NCBI RefSeq assembly: GCF_004010195.1
Contig: NC_057753.1
Coordinates: 5,547,282 to 5,611,281 of the forward strand
Length of the DNA stretch: 64,000 nt
Reading direction: 5' to 3'
Source of the DNA: Chiloscyllium plagiosum
Taxonomy: Eukaryota
How positions within the stretch are numbered: the stretch's first letter is position 1; each line of letters begins with the position of its first letter. The notes beneath the pieces were generated by a model. That model was not told the origin of the DNA and searched no databases. It was given only the letters and a program-made list of their open reading frames with translations. This document shows, one piece after another, positions 10,865-22,313 of the stretch. Position numbers and translations under genes: made by a program.

Positions 10865-11900
10865 CAAATGATAAAAATACTACTGGAGTTGAATAATAGT
10901 GAAAAACGGATGTTAACAGGAGTAGTAGTAATAGTAAAGAAGGGATGTATAAATAGAGGGCAAATAATACTGAGGAAGGGATGCGAAATGATGGGTGCAA
11001 TCGTAGTTTGGAAGGAATGTGTAAATGTAGGAATAATAATCTTGAAGAAGGGATGTGTGAATGGAACAATAATAATACTGGGGAAGAAATGAGTAACTGG
11101 AGTTGCAATAATGCTTAGGTATTGATATGTAACTGGTGGAATAATAATACTGAGGAAAGAATGCATAAATGGAGAAGTAATAATACTGAGAAAATGTATA
11201 AATGGAGAACAATTAATACTGAGGAAAAGAGGTGCGAATGGAAGCCTAATAATATTGATGAATGGATATGTAAATACAGGCGTACTAGTACAGTGGAAGG
11301 CGTATGTAAATGAAGAGTTTTTATGGTGAAAAAAGGAATGTGCAATTGGAGGAATATTTGAATTGAAGAAGGGATGTGTAAATACAGAAATAGTTCTAAG
11401 GAAACAATATGTGAATGGAGGAGAAATATTGTTGAGGAAGCGATGTGCAAATACATGTGAAATAATACTAAAGAAGAGATGTGTATCTGTAGGAATATTA
11501 ATAACGAGAAAGAGATGTGTTATTTGAGGAGCAATAATACAGAGAAAGGGCTATGTAAATGGAGGATAATTAATATCGAAAGGATGTATAAATGGAAAAG
11601 AAACAGTACTGAGAAACAGTTGTGGAAATGGAGACGTAATAATACCCTTGGATAAGATTTGTGTATGGAGGTGCAATAATACTGAGGGATGGATGTGTAA
11701 ATTCAAGTGAAATAATACAGATAAAGAGATGTATAAACAGATAATTCTGAGAAAGTGATCTGTAAACGGAGGAGCACTAATTATGAGGAAGTGAGGCGAC
11801 TGTAAATCTAGGAGAAATAATACAGAGGAAGGGATGTTTAAAAAATCAAGGAATGTTTAAATGTAGGAAAAATGATAATTGAGAGGAGGAGTTTTAAGCA
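10865..11900. repeat. Degenerate 36-bp minisatellite
   Basis: Consensus ~AATAATACTGAGGAAGGGATGTGTAAATGGAGGAAT; four successive 36-nt units read directly from 10963; roughly 28 copies. Confidence 0.85.
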
Positions 11901-12639
11901 GTAAGAGGCTGTGTAAATGCAGAAATGATGACTGAGTAGGGAATGATTAGGAAATGAGGGGATTTGTACATGGACGAGAAATGATGACTGAGCAGGGAAT
12001 GTTCTGGAAGTAAAGTCGCTGAAAATGGGGGAGAAATTATGTTGGTCCATCAAATGTTCCGGAAATTAAGGATTTGTAAATACGGATTAAATGATGTTTG
12101 GGCTGGGTGGTATTCAAAGTAGCATTGACTCACAGACATTCAACTTATTGAGCCTGTGAATGTTCTTTGGAAAATGTTTCCTATTGATTGGCCCTCCCTT
12201 GCTCTTTCCATAGAACCTCAGCCAAGTCTTTCAGCCCTGCAGACAGTGCCTGAATTCCCTGTGAAATGCGATTGTAATTGCTCACTATGACACAACGGTT
12301 TTTCTCATTAGCATTCACCTTGAGTTGTTGCTTTTTATATATCTGCAATCAAAATAGCTTCTCATTTTCTGTTCTGCTCAGAAACTTTGTTCCACTGCCG
12401 TGCCATCTGAAATGAAAAATATCCACAGTAACTGGAGAAGGTATGAGATAAACGTATGTTTGCACAGCAAGTATTCTGAATTTTAAATGTGCCAGTAGAG
12501 AGAAGAGAGGAAGCGTATTTAGTTGTGTCTTTCATAAAGTAATTGGAGAGCGACTGAATAGAAGAAGAATTGTCAGACTTGGGAAAAGGTCAATGTAGGA
12601 TTAGACGAGTTGCTGACTCGGAAAATTGACGCAGATTTA

Positions 12640-13200
12640 ATGGTTCAAGCAGCCACATTCTGGGTTGAAATCATACTAGCAAGTTCTGGGGAGAGACGAT
12701 TCACCCGCTGTATAGGTAGGAATGGAGTCATGGTGCTTGGCAGACTGCAGTCACGCCAACCTTCTCATTTTGAGCTGTTCAGCTGCACATGCTTCGGAAA
12801 CCCCTCCAGATCATCATTCACTCTCACTGTATACCAGCGACTTAACACTGGGCAGATACCATTCAACTGCCACAACTGAGGGGAGGATTCAGTCGGTCAT
12901 CCCTACTGCTGACATACCAGCGAATTCACACTGAGGAGAATCCATTTTGTTGCACTTGCTACGGGAAGAGCTCGAGATATTCAGGCAATGTTATTTCATA
13001 CTGGCGTGTTCACATTGTGGAGAAGTCTTTCAACTGTTCTGAGTGTAAGAGAGATTCACTCTGTTATCCACCCAGTTGGAATACCAGAGAATTCCCACCG
13101 TATAGAGAGTATTTGCCTACTCCGAGTTTGGGAAGAGATTCATGCGTTCAGCTGACATGGTGGCAAACCAGCGGGATCACACCGAGGAGGGGCCATTCAT
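12640..13200 (+). pseudogene. Decayed C2H2 zinc-finger array
   Basis: TGE(K/R)PF-linker-like DNA recurs at ~84-bp spacing (ctggggagagacgattcacc 12688, actgggcagataccattc 12848, actgaggagaatccattt 12930, attgtggagaagtctttc 13014, accgaggaggggccattc 13181); frames are broken. Confidence 0.75.
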
Positions 13201-13909
13201 CTACTCTGTATAATTGGGCTGGCGTTTAATAATCTTCCCAGAGATACAGTGCCATTTTCAAAACAGCTGTTTATGATCTTTCTCCACAATTCATGAACTT
13301 TAATCAAAACTTTAATTTCCAACAAAATCATGAACTTTCCATGACTTCCAAATCGTCCTTTGTTAAGAACTCTACGATTCACTTACTGAATGGTTCCACT
13401 GATTAGCATTTCTAATCAAAAGTTACCGATTATTCTTATTGGCCTGGACATTCCATCCTCTCTCTGATGCAGAAATCCCCTCAGCACAACAATGGAGATA
13501 TGTGCAATGCACATAATGAGCGTTAGTAGCCAGTGTTTATTAAACTTAATGGATCTTAATAAATGTATTGAATCTTATGCAAATAATTTATTTTTCTGTC
13601 ATATTTTCAGAAATAAAAACTTCCATTGCTACTTTCCGGTTCTCAGTCACAAGCCAGGTCAATTATCTTTTCCCAATATATGTATAAATCTGAAACAACT
13701 GAATCGCATACGTGAAATCAATTTAAAGGTTAAAGCAGGGTCTTCAGAGGATACCACAGCGATTTTGAAATGATGCAGATTGGCTTCAGTTCAACCCCCA
13801 CCTTCTGGTTCACACCAGTTAACTGTTCAGTGGAGCCATCAGTGACTGAGACCAACAAGTTCTCTGCGTGATCCATCTATCTGTTTGTCCTCGGCAGTGG
13901 TATACCATT

Positions 13910-14626
13910 AGCGAGTTTTGAGAAAATTTGTAGCTCAGGTTGAGGTTCTGGATGTAGGCTTGCTCGCTGAGCTGGAAGATTCATTTCCAGACATTTCATC
14001 ACCCTACTTGGTAACGTATTCAGTGGACCTCCGGTGGAAACACTGTTCGTGAGTCCTGCTTTCTATTTATATGCTTGGGTTTATTTGGGTTGATGATGTC
14101 ATTTCCTGTGGTGATGTCATTTCATGTTCTTTTTCTCAAGGGGTGGTAGATGGTGGCTAACTCGATGTGTCTGTTGACAGAATTTCGGTTAGTATGCCAT
14201 GCTCCTAGGAATTCTCGTGTGTGTCTCTGTTTGGCTTGTTCTAGGGTGGATATGTTGTCCCATTCGAAGTGGTATCCTTCCTTATCTGTATGTAAGGATA
14301 CTAGTGAAAGAGGGTCATGTCGTTTTGTGGCTAGTTGATGGGAACATGACCGGGACAACATATCCATCCTAGGACAAGCCAAACAAACACATGCACGAGA
14401 ATGCCTAGAAGCGTGGAATTCCTTCCAGAACTCTATCAACAAATACATCGAGTTAGACACCATCTAGCACCCCTTGAGAAAAAGAACATGAAATGACATC
14501 ACCACAGGAAATGACATCACCAACCTAAACATATAAATAAAATGCAGGACTCATGAACAGTGCTTCGCCCGGAGGCCCACTGAAGATGTTACCTAGTTGG
14601 ATGACGAAACGTCTGGAAATTAACCT
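13910..14626. mobile_element. Penelope-like element, family 2; 5'-inverted structure with GIY-YIG C-terminal remnant
   Basis: Arms ~13980-14270 and ~14345-14625 are reverse complements. The minus-strand peptide HFEWDNISTLEQAKQRHTREFLGAWH is typical of PLE ORF ends. TSD tggtata(c/t)att-type 12-mer at 13898-13909 and 14627-14638. Confidence 0.85.
14577..14616 (+). ncRNA. Minimal type I hammerhead ribozyme motif (PLE family 2)
   Basis: CCA-CTGAAGA-tGTTACCtagttGGaTGAC-GAAAC-GTC-TGG. Helix I is CCA/UGG, helix III is palindromic ACGU, and the cleavage triplet is GUC. Confidence 0.8.
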
Positions 14627-16142
14627 TGGTATACTATTCTTACCCTTCACGGGCTGCATACTTTTCCTGTCTGTTTAGCTCATGTATTGCATTTTAGCTG
14701 TTATATCTCAATAATTACTTGAAATAGGTTAGAATTCAGCTCTGAATTTTGGGTAGTGTGTGTCTCCCTGATCGATACCATATTATTGGTGCTAGGAGTG
14801 ATCGAAATTATCACCATGAAAATTTAGATTTTTAGGTAAACATGTGTAGAAAGATATCCAATGATGTGTGAGGTATTCTGATGCAATGAGGGGAGTGAAT
14901 GCTAGAGCCCCGAGGCAGACATTAGTTGAGAATTAACTAAATACTTGGAAAACTTTGCATTTTGTTTTCTCTGCATGGAGGCAGTCACTTGAACTGCAAG
15001 AAAGAGGTATTGCATTAAATATAAAGATTGACGAGTTGGCTGGGTCAGCATTTATTGCCGACCCCTGGTGGCCTTCTTGAACTTCTGCAGTGCATGCATT
15101 ATCATTGCAACTATATGATGTCAGGGAAGGAATTCCCAGGAATTTGACTCAAGAACCATAAGATGTAGAGCAAAAGTAGGCCATTCAGCCTATCATATCA
15201 AAAGTGCGTTCATGTCTATTCTGAAAATCCTTAACTCTGTTTTCCATATCTTTTCCATGTGAACCTTGATTCCCTACTGAATCTCAATGGCAGCTTTGTA
15301 CATACTTAATGATCCAGATTTGACAGCGGTTCTACACATACCCTACGCTTGGAAGGAAGATATTCTCCTTCATGTACGAATAAACGTGCAACAATGAGAT
15401 ATGACTTCTGGTCCAAACAGTCTGAACAGATGAAAGAGTGTTTCTGTATCCTGCCTATCAAGCCACCTAAGAATCTTGTATGTTTCAATAAGTTTACATC
15501 ATTTTCTCCTAAATTCCATTCCGTACATGCTCAACCTGCAGAAATTCTCCTCATGACTGTCCTTCCATAATCATTATACACCTTGTGAATCTTCCCTAGA
15601 ATGCCTGAACATAATTACACCTTTCCTGAGATAAGGAGCCCAAAGCTCTTTGCAGTTTTACACCTATGGTCATAGAAACATAGAACCGTAGTAATTGAAG
15701 CCAGAGTAGGCTGTTCAGCCTTTCAAATTTGTTTTTTCAATATGATCATGGTTAAGCATGCAGCTCAGGATCTGTACCTATATCTAAGTCCTTCAAAATG
15801 TTCAATACTTAGCTTCACCTGATTTCTGTAGAACAGAATTCCACAGGCTTACCATTGGTCCTGTTAGAATTTTATAGTTTTCTATGACCTACCCCTCATT
15901 TTAAAACAGATGCCAGCCAGTACTGTATTTCAATTGGCCATCCCCATTGCCACAGACGTTGGACGCTACTTTTTGTGACTCACACATGTGATCTCCAAGC
16001 CCTCTCTCCTGCAGCTTTCTTCTGTCTTTCTCCATTTATATCGTATTCAGACACTCTATTCCACTTGTATTTCCTCACATTTTCACATATTGTATTTTAT
16101 TTGTCCGACTTTTGCGTATTAATTCAATTTTGTGTATCGTCC

Positions 16143-16694
16143 TGTGACCATGCTGTCACTTTGAAATTGTTATTTTATCCTTGCAGTTGTTCAAGAGAGG
16201 TCGTAAAAGTAGAGGTGATGAAGAGTCTAGTTCTTCCAGTTCAGGTTTATTCTAGTTTGTTTCTGCTGTAACAGTCACAAAATGTGTGTTTCCAGGGGAA
16301 TTGCAAGCGTCAGTAAATGATTCCTCTGACTTTGTTCCGAAGACTCTCTCTGGAAGTTGTTCCTTCTTGCCTGTAAAAATCTGTGCTTGAATTCACGTTT
16401 TTGCCAAAAGTGTGTTTATGGGATGTTACAGTATTGGAACAATTAATTAGTCATTGTTAATGTATCAGGTTGGTTAAATTTTTGAACAGGTATGTTATTG
16501 TCAATTACACTTCTTTTTGCTCATATTTCAACTTGAGTGTATACATGCATTTTGTTTTGCTGAAAGCTGAGTGATAAAGCCAATTGCACGAAACCTGGAA
16601 CACCCACTTCACACCTGCCTTTAAAATAAAAAAAAAGTTTGAGTCTGGCCTAACTTCGTAAATATTGTGAGGTGGTCTGATCTGGTCCATAACA
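16143..16694 (+). repeat. 5' LTR of the Gmr1-like element
   Basis: Starts TGTGACCATGCTGTCACTTT and ends CTGGTCCATAACA. A degenerate PBS-like tgggcgcccaaatcgtg follows; the tRNA cannot be assigned. Confidence 0.88.
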
Positions 16695-19600
16695 GATTGG
16701 GCGCCCAAATCGTGATTTATTCTGTAATTCCAATACGGGTTTCAGTTGTTGAAATCAAAGCCAGCGGCTGGTAGGTGTTAGTGTCTTTTGCTCCGGGTGT
16801 TGAATTCCGTTGCTGCAAACAGTGCTTCGTGTAGTAATGGGTGTTTCAGTCACGATGGGTTTTCTGGTGTGTTGGAAGAAGTGATTTTGGGGGTTTTAGG
16901 AAAAGTGAGCAAGGCAAACCCTTGGAATTGGCAAGCAAGTTGGAGTTGCGGTTGCCTTTTTCTGTGAGAAAGGGTGAGGTAATTACAGCATAAGCTCGAT
17001 ATTTAAATTTCAGAAATGACTGGAATTTCGGAATCTTCGGAAAGGACTGGAATTCAATTGTAGATGAAATGTGCCAAGTAACTGAAAATGTTTGAATTAC
17101 GGTTAAAAGAAGAGGAATGGGAAAAGGAAAGAATCATTCTGGCAGAACAAAAAGGAAAGGAAGACCCTAACCGAGAATGGGCAAAAGAGAAATAAGAAAG
17201 GGAAAAAAAAAGAGAGGAAAGGTAGAAGAGAGAGAGTTTGAATTCCAGAAGTTGTTACTTCGATAGGTAACGCGACATAAAAGGAGCAAGTTGAAGGTAT
17301 AAGATAGGCTTCGTGAGGAGTATAGCAAACCCATCGTAGCAAAGGGCCGTGTAGGGATCTGTTTGCATGTATCCATGCATGCCTAAATGTGATGAGAAGA
17401 ATGTAGAAGCTGCATTAAACTCATTTGAGAAAGTCGCTACACAAATGAGGCAGCCAGGCACCATGAGGTTCCATTCAAAGACAATAGGTAGAGCGAGTGA
17501 GGTTTTTGCATCACAAGTGGAAGAGGAATCTGTGCAGCAAGAGGAGGTGAAGAAAACCATCTCAAGTGCATATGAGTTTATGCCAGAAGCCTACAGACAA
17601 CGTATCAGGGATCGAAGGAGGGACCCTGGTCAAACATATATCGAATTTGAAAAGGTCAAACAAAATAATTTTGATCGGTGGGGAGGGACATTCAAATAGA
17701 GCAAACATCTTAGAGAGATGATTATTTTCGAGGAGTTCAAAAATTCACCTCTTAAGGTAATGACAACTCATGTGGAAGAGCAGAGAGTTAAACTAGCAAG
17801 ATGAGGAGCTGAAATGGTTGATGGTTATGATTGGTTCTTGAACAAAGGATTAGCTTCAAAAATCAGTTTCAATCCGAGAGGGATAGAAATTGAGGAAAAG
17901 AGAAATCCTCAGGAGGTAAGAGAAAGGTAGGTGTCATTGAAGGTAATAAAGATAACTTACCGCAGGGTAAAAGGGTAACTCATGTAGGAGGAAGAGAAGT
18001 TAAAATGCTCAGGTGTTTCGCTTCGATAAATTAGGCCACATGAAATCACAATGTTGGTGGTTTAGAAAAATCTTTGGGAAGATGGATATAGACAAAATGG
18101 ATAAGCCATTGAATTTTGTTAAATTTGTAAAAAGAAAAACACAGTGGATGTTAAAAATCTGCACCGAATGTGCATTCTGTTCGGAGATTGGTTGAGAAGG
18201 AAATGCCAGATCTTCTTAAACCATTTGTTTGCGAACGTGAAGTTTACTCACATAGGCCAGGAGCAGCTTTCAAAGAAGTATGAAGAGATATGGGATCATG
18301 TTAAGCTTTGATTTCGAGAGATGGGGAGATATGTAACTCAGAAGGACTCGTGCCAAAAAAGTCTTAGTACAAAGAACACATGGTGAGACAAGAAGTGCTC
18401 CATAATGTAAAATGAGGTTGAAGTGTCCAGTGAAAAATAGAGAAGTGAAGGTATGAGTACTGGAAGAGCTCTAATCTCCAAGAATACAATTTTCCCTTGG
18501 CAACGAAATAGCTAGATCACAGGTAGAAGTGCTGCCTGTTTTGTTTGAAATACCAATGGAAAATCAGGCAACTGAGGTATTACGGGAAGTATATCCCGGG
18601 ATTTTGCCTGACTGTGTGATAACAAAGTCACAAACTCAACAGTTGAAACAGGAGGAGAAATCAAAAAATACAGATGAAAAAGCTAAAGTAGAATTATCAG
18701 AAAAATGTTTGTACGAATGGTTGAACGGAAACAACAATAGGTGGAGGACAAACTGGATGATTTTAGCTCAGAGAAATTTACTGAGTTTCAACAGAAAAAT
18801 GAAAAACTGAAGCAATTATATCAACAAGTGCAAACAGAAGAAGAATCTGAGCATTTTCCCGAATGTTCCGATCTTAAAAATGATGCCTTGATGAGTACAT
18901 GGATACTACCACATTTTCAGATGGATGAGAAATGGGGAGAAGTTCGTCATGTTGTGTCACCAGGGGGTTATAGAAAGGACGAATTGCGGTAGCACATGAA
19001 TTACCAGTAGGAGGTCAACTAGGGTAAGAAAAACTCAAGCTACAAAAGAAAAACATTTTTACTTGCCAGGTTTGCATAAGGATATAGTTGAATTTTGCTA
19101 GTCATGTCATATATATCAGGTAAAAGAAAAACCTCAAACAGCAATAAAAGCACGACATTTCCTATCCATTCCTGCATTTGAGGAACCTTTTGCAAGGGTC
19201 TTAGTTTATTGTGTAGGACAGCTACCTAAAACAAAAAGTGGGAATCAATGTTTGTTAAAAATAATGGATGTGTCCACTGGATATCCAGAGGCCATTGCAT
19301 TACGCAATATCACAGCTGAAAGGATTGTCGAAGAGTGGCTCAAATATTTCCCTAGATACTAACTACTCACAGAGATATAATCGAATTAATAATAGCAAAA
19401 TTATTCAGGGAAGTTATGGATAGCTTCGGAATAAAACAATTCACATCAACTATGTACCATCCAGAATCGCAAGGAGCGTTATAAAGGTGGCATTAAAACA
19501 TTAAAGAACACCTGGCAATTTGGACAAAGGAATTCTGTTTATACTATTTGCCATTATGGATGCACCAAATGAACTGACCAAATTCAGTCTCTTTGAATTA

Positions 19601-20386
19601 GGTTTTGGCTATAAGATGAGAGAGGACTGAAATTAATTAAGTGAAGCGGCGAGATGCGTCAGAATTCAGAAATCCCCATATTTGGAACATGTGTCAAATT
19701 TTAGAGAATGATTAAGTAGAACGGGCAGTTAGCTAGACAGCATTTAAAAAATTACAGCATATTTTGAAACAGGAAGCAGACAAGAAATCAAAAACTTGCA
19801 ATTTTGCTAACGTAGGTGAAGTGACAGCGTTACTACCAGAGATAGGAAACCTTTAAAAACAAAGGTTATAGACCTTATCAAATAGAACAGAGATTGAGTG
19901 AGTGAACTATTCGATAGGGATTCTAGATAGAAAGAAATCTCACAGACTGTGTCATGTGAATATGCCCAAAGGTATTTTGATAGTTAAGGAAAAGAAAATG
20001 AGAATGTGTTAAAAGTTAGAAGACAACGTGAAGAGCGAAGTTCAGAGCATTCTGAATTGGACATTCCTCAAATTCGGTTGAACAAGGAAGAAGTGCTATA
20101 GGTATAAGAAATGCTGTTCCAATTAAGCAACATGCTCATCAACTTAACCATCTGAAGTTGGGACAGGATGAAAAGGAAATTGAACGCATGCTCCAAGACA
20201 ACATAATCGAAGTGAGCTGCAGCGGCTGGTGCTCACCCAACGTAATGGTTCCAAAACCAGATGGTAAGCCACGGTTATATGTAGACAATCACAAAGTCAG
20301 TACAGTTACTAAGCCTGATTCATACTCGATTCCACGTTTGGAATATTGTATTGAGAAGGTGGAACAAACAACGTCTATTTCTAAAT

Positions 20387-20585
20387 GGAAAAACGTGATG
20401 CTGGAAAAGAACAGCTGGTCAGGCAGCATTCGAGGAGCAGGAGAACCATGGTTTGGGGATAGGCCCTTCATCAGGAATGCCCGAAACGTCTATTCTCGTG
20501 CTCCTCAGTTGCCGCGTGCCCTACTGTGCTATTCAGCACCATACTTTTCGACTCAGACTCTCCAGCACTCCTGACTTTCTCTAAA
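20387..20585. mobile_element. PLE family 1 fold-back insertion nested in the Gypsy RT
   Basis: gctggaaaagaacagc..cccttcatcaggaat then gcccgaaacgtc..ctccagca interrupts the RT between 'TSISK' and 'DLLRG'. Confidence 0.75.
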
Positions 20586-21752
20586 CTTATCTTTCTCAGT
20601 TGGACTTACTCAGGGGATGCTGGCAGGTACCTTTATTTGAAAGGACGAAGACAATTTCGGCTTTCCTGACATCGAATAGACAATACCAATTTAAAATCAT
20701 GCCATTTAGTATGAAAACTGAGCCAGACAAATTTGAAAGACTAGCCAATAAAATCATTTCTGGATTATCCAATTGCGTGGAATAAATCGACGACTTGGTG
20801 ATTTTTTAGTCACACGTGGGATGAACATTTGCAGCATTTACCAGAATTATTTGATTGACTTTGGGAGGCAGGCTTGGTGATAAACCTGGCTTTGAGTGAA
20901 TTCGCCAAAATCAAGTCCCCTTTGTGCGCCATGTTATCAGACATGCACAGATTGCCTCACGGAATGTGAAAACAATAGTTTTGAGGAGTTTCAAATTCAA
21001 TTGATGAAGAGAACAGTACTATGATTCCTGGGATTGAGTGGGTTTTATCGGAAATTCGGACCAAATTTATCACTGTGGCTGCTCCACTCACTAACTTAAT
21101 GAAGAATTGCAGAAACATTCAGTGCTGCAATAATGTGAAAAGGCTTTTGAAAGTTGTGTTAACTACTGTACAGTATTAGCTACACCTAATTACACAGAGC
21201 CATTCAAGGTGGCTATCAATGCAAGTGGTGTGGGCGTTAATGCTGTACTCTTACAAGTAGACGACGAAAAGAAAGGAATGCCTATCGGATATTTCTCTAG
21301 GAAATTGAATATTTATCAATGGAAATATTGCACAATTGAGAAGGAGACTTTAAGCTTGGTGTTGGCGTTAGAACATTTTATAATTTGTATTGTAAGTAAT
21401 GTATCTGAGGGAATCGTATATTCTGAACAGAAGCCATTAATGCATTTGGAGAATTTTAAGGACTAAATTCCAGGCTATTTAGATGGAGCTTATTGTTACA
21501 GCCATTCAATTTGAAAATTATGCACGTGGCAGAACGAGAAAACGTATTTGCTGACGTGTTGTTGAGACTTTGATGAAAAGAAATGGAGGCGTTCAGTGGC
21601 AGGAGTAAATGGATTGAAATAAAACGTTTAGTGATTGTTTGTCACATGCTTAGAATCAATGTAATATATACTGGCGTGTACTAGCAGAATAAGACTAACG
21701 GGCTTAAAATGAAGCGACTTTTATATTGATGGTTCATTTCTTAAGGGGGAGG

Positions 21753-22313
21753 TGTGACGATGCTGTCACTTTAAAAAGGTATTTTGCCCGTGTCATAAAG
21801 GCAGAGGTGTTGAAGTTTCTAGTTTAAGAATGGAAAAAGATTGGCCAGTTCTCCCAGTTCAGATTTTTTTCTGATTTGTTTTAGCTGCAGCAGTCACAAG
21901 ATGCATGATTCCAGGGGAATTTCGAGCTTCAGTCAAGATGTCCTCTGACTTTCTATTGAAGGCTCTTTCTATGAAAGCTCCCCCTCCCCCGCCTGTAAGA
22001 ATTTGTGATTGAGTTTACATTTTGCCAAGGGGCGGGTTTATGGGATGTTCCTGTAATGGAACAGTTAACTAGTAATAGTTACTGTATCGGCTCGGTTAAG
22101 TTTTCAACAGTTAAGTTTTTCTAAATTCCACTTTCTTTTGTTCATGTTTGAACTGTAGTCTTTAAATAAATTTAGCTTCGCTTAAAGCCGAGTGGTTTGA
22201 CCAGTTGCATCAGACCTGGAACAACCACTTCACATCTGCCTTTAAAATAAGAAGAAAAGGGTCCAGGCTACCTTGTGAAAATATTTTGCGGGAGTGTGGC
22301 CTGGTCCATAATA
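21753..22313 (+). repeat. 3' LTR of the Gmr1-like element
   Basis: Preceded by polypurine tract aagggggagg (21743-21752). Starts TGTGACGATGCTGTCACTTT and ends CTGGTCCATAATA. Confidence 0.88.

Larger units (their letters stand above)
16143..22313 (+). mobile_element. Decayed Gmr1-like Ty3/Gypsy LTR retrotransposon (gag-PR-INT-RT-RNaseH)
   Basis: Paired LTRs. gag YEFMPEAYRQRIR (~17570); zinc knuckle CFRFDKLGHMKSQC (~18014); protease-like RDMGS (~18285); integrase HELPVGGQLG..HFYLPGLHKDIVEFC*SC, PKTKSGNQ..TGYPEA, YHPESQG (18995-19490); RT SPNVMVPKPDG, DLLRGCWQ, *IDD (20160-20800); RNase H NASGVGVNAVLLQ..IEKETL (21209-21466). Many stops and frameshifts. Confidence 0.93.

Noticed and set aside
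10865..11900. CRISPR-like array or repeat-protein gene (36-bp period)
   Set aside because: Units are contiguous and degenerate, with no unique spacers, no cas genes and no sustained ORF; the context is eukaryotic.
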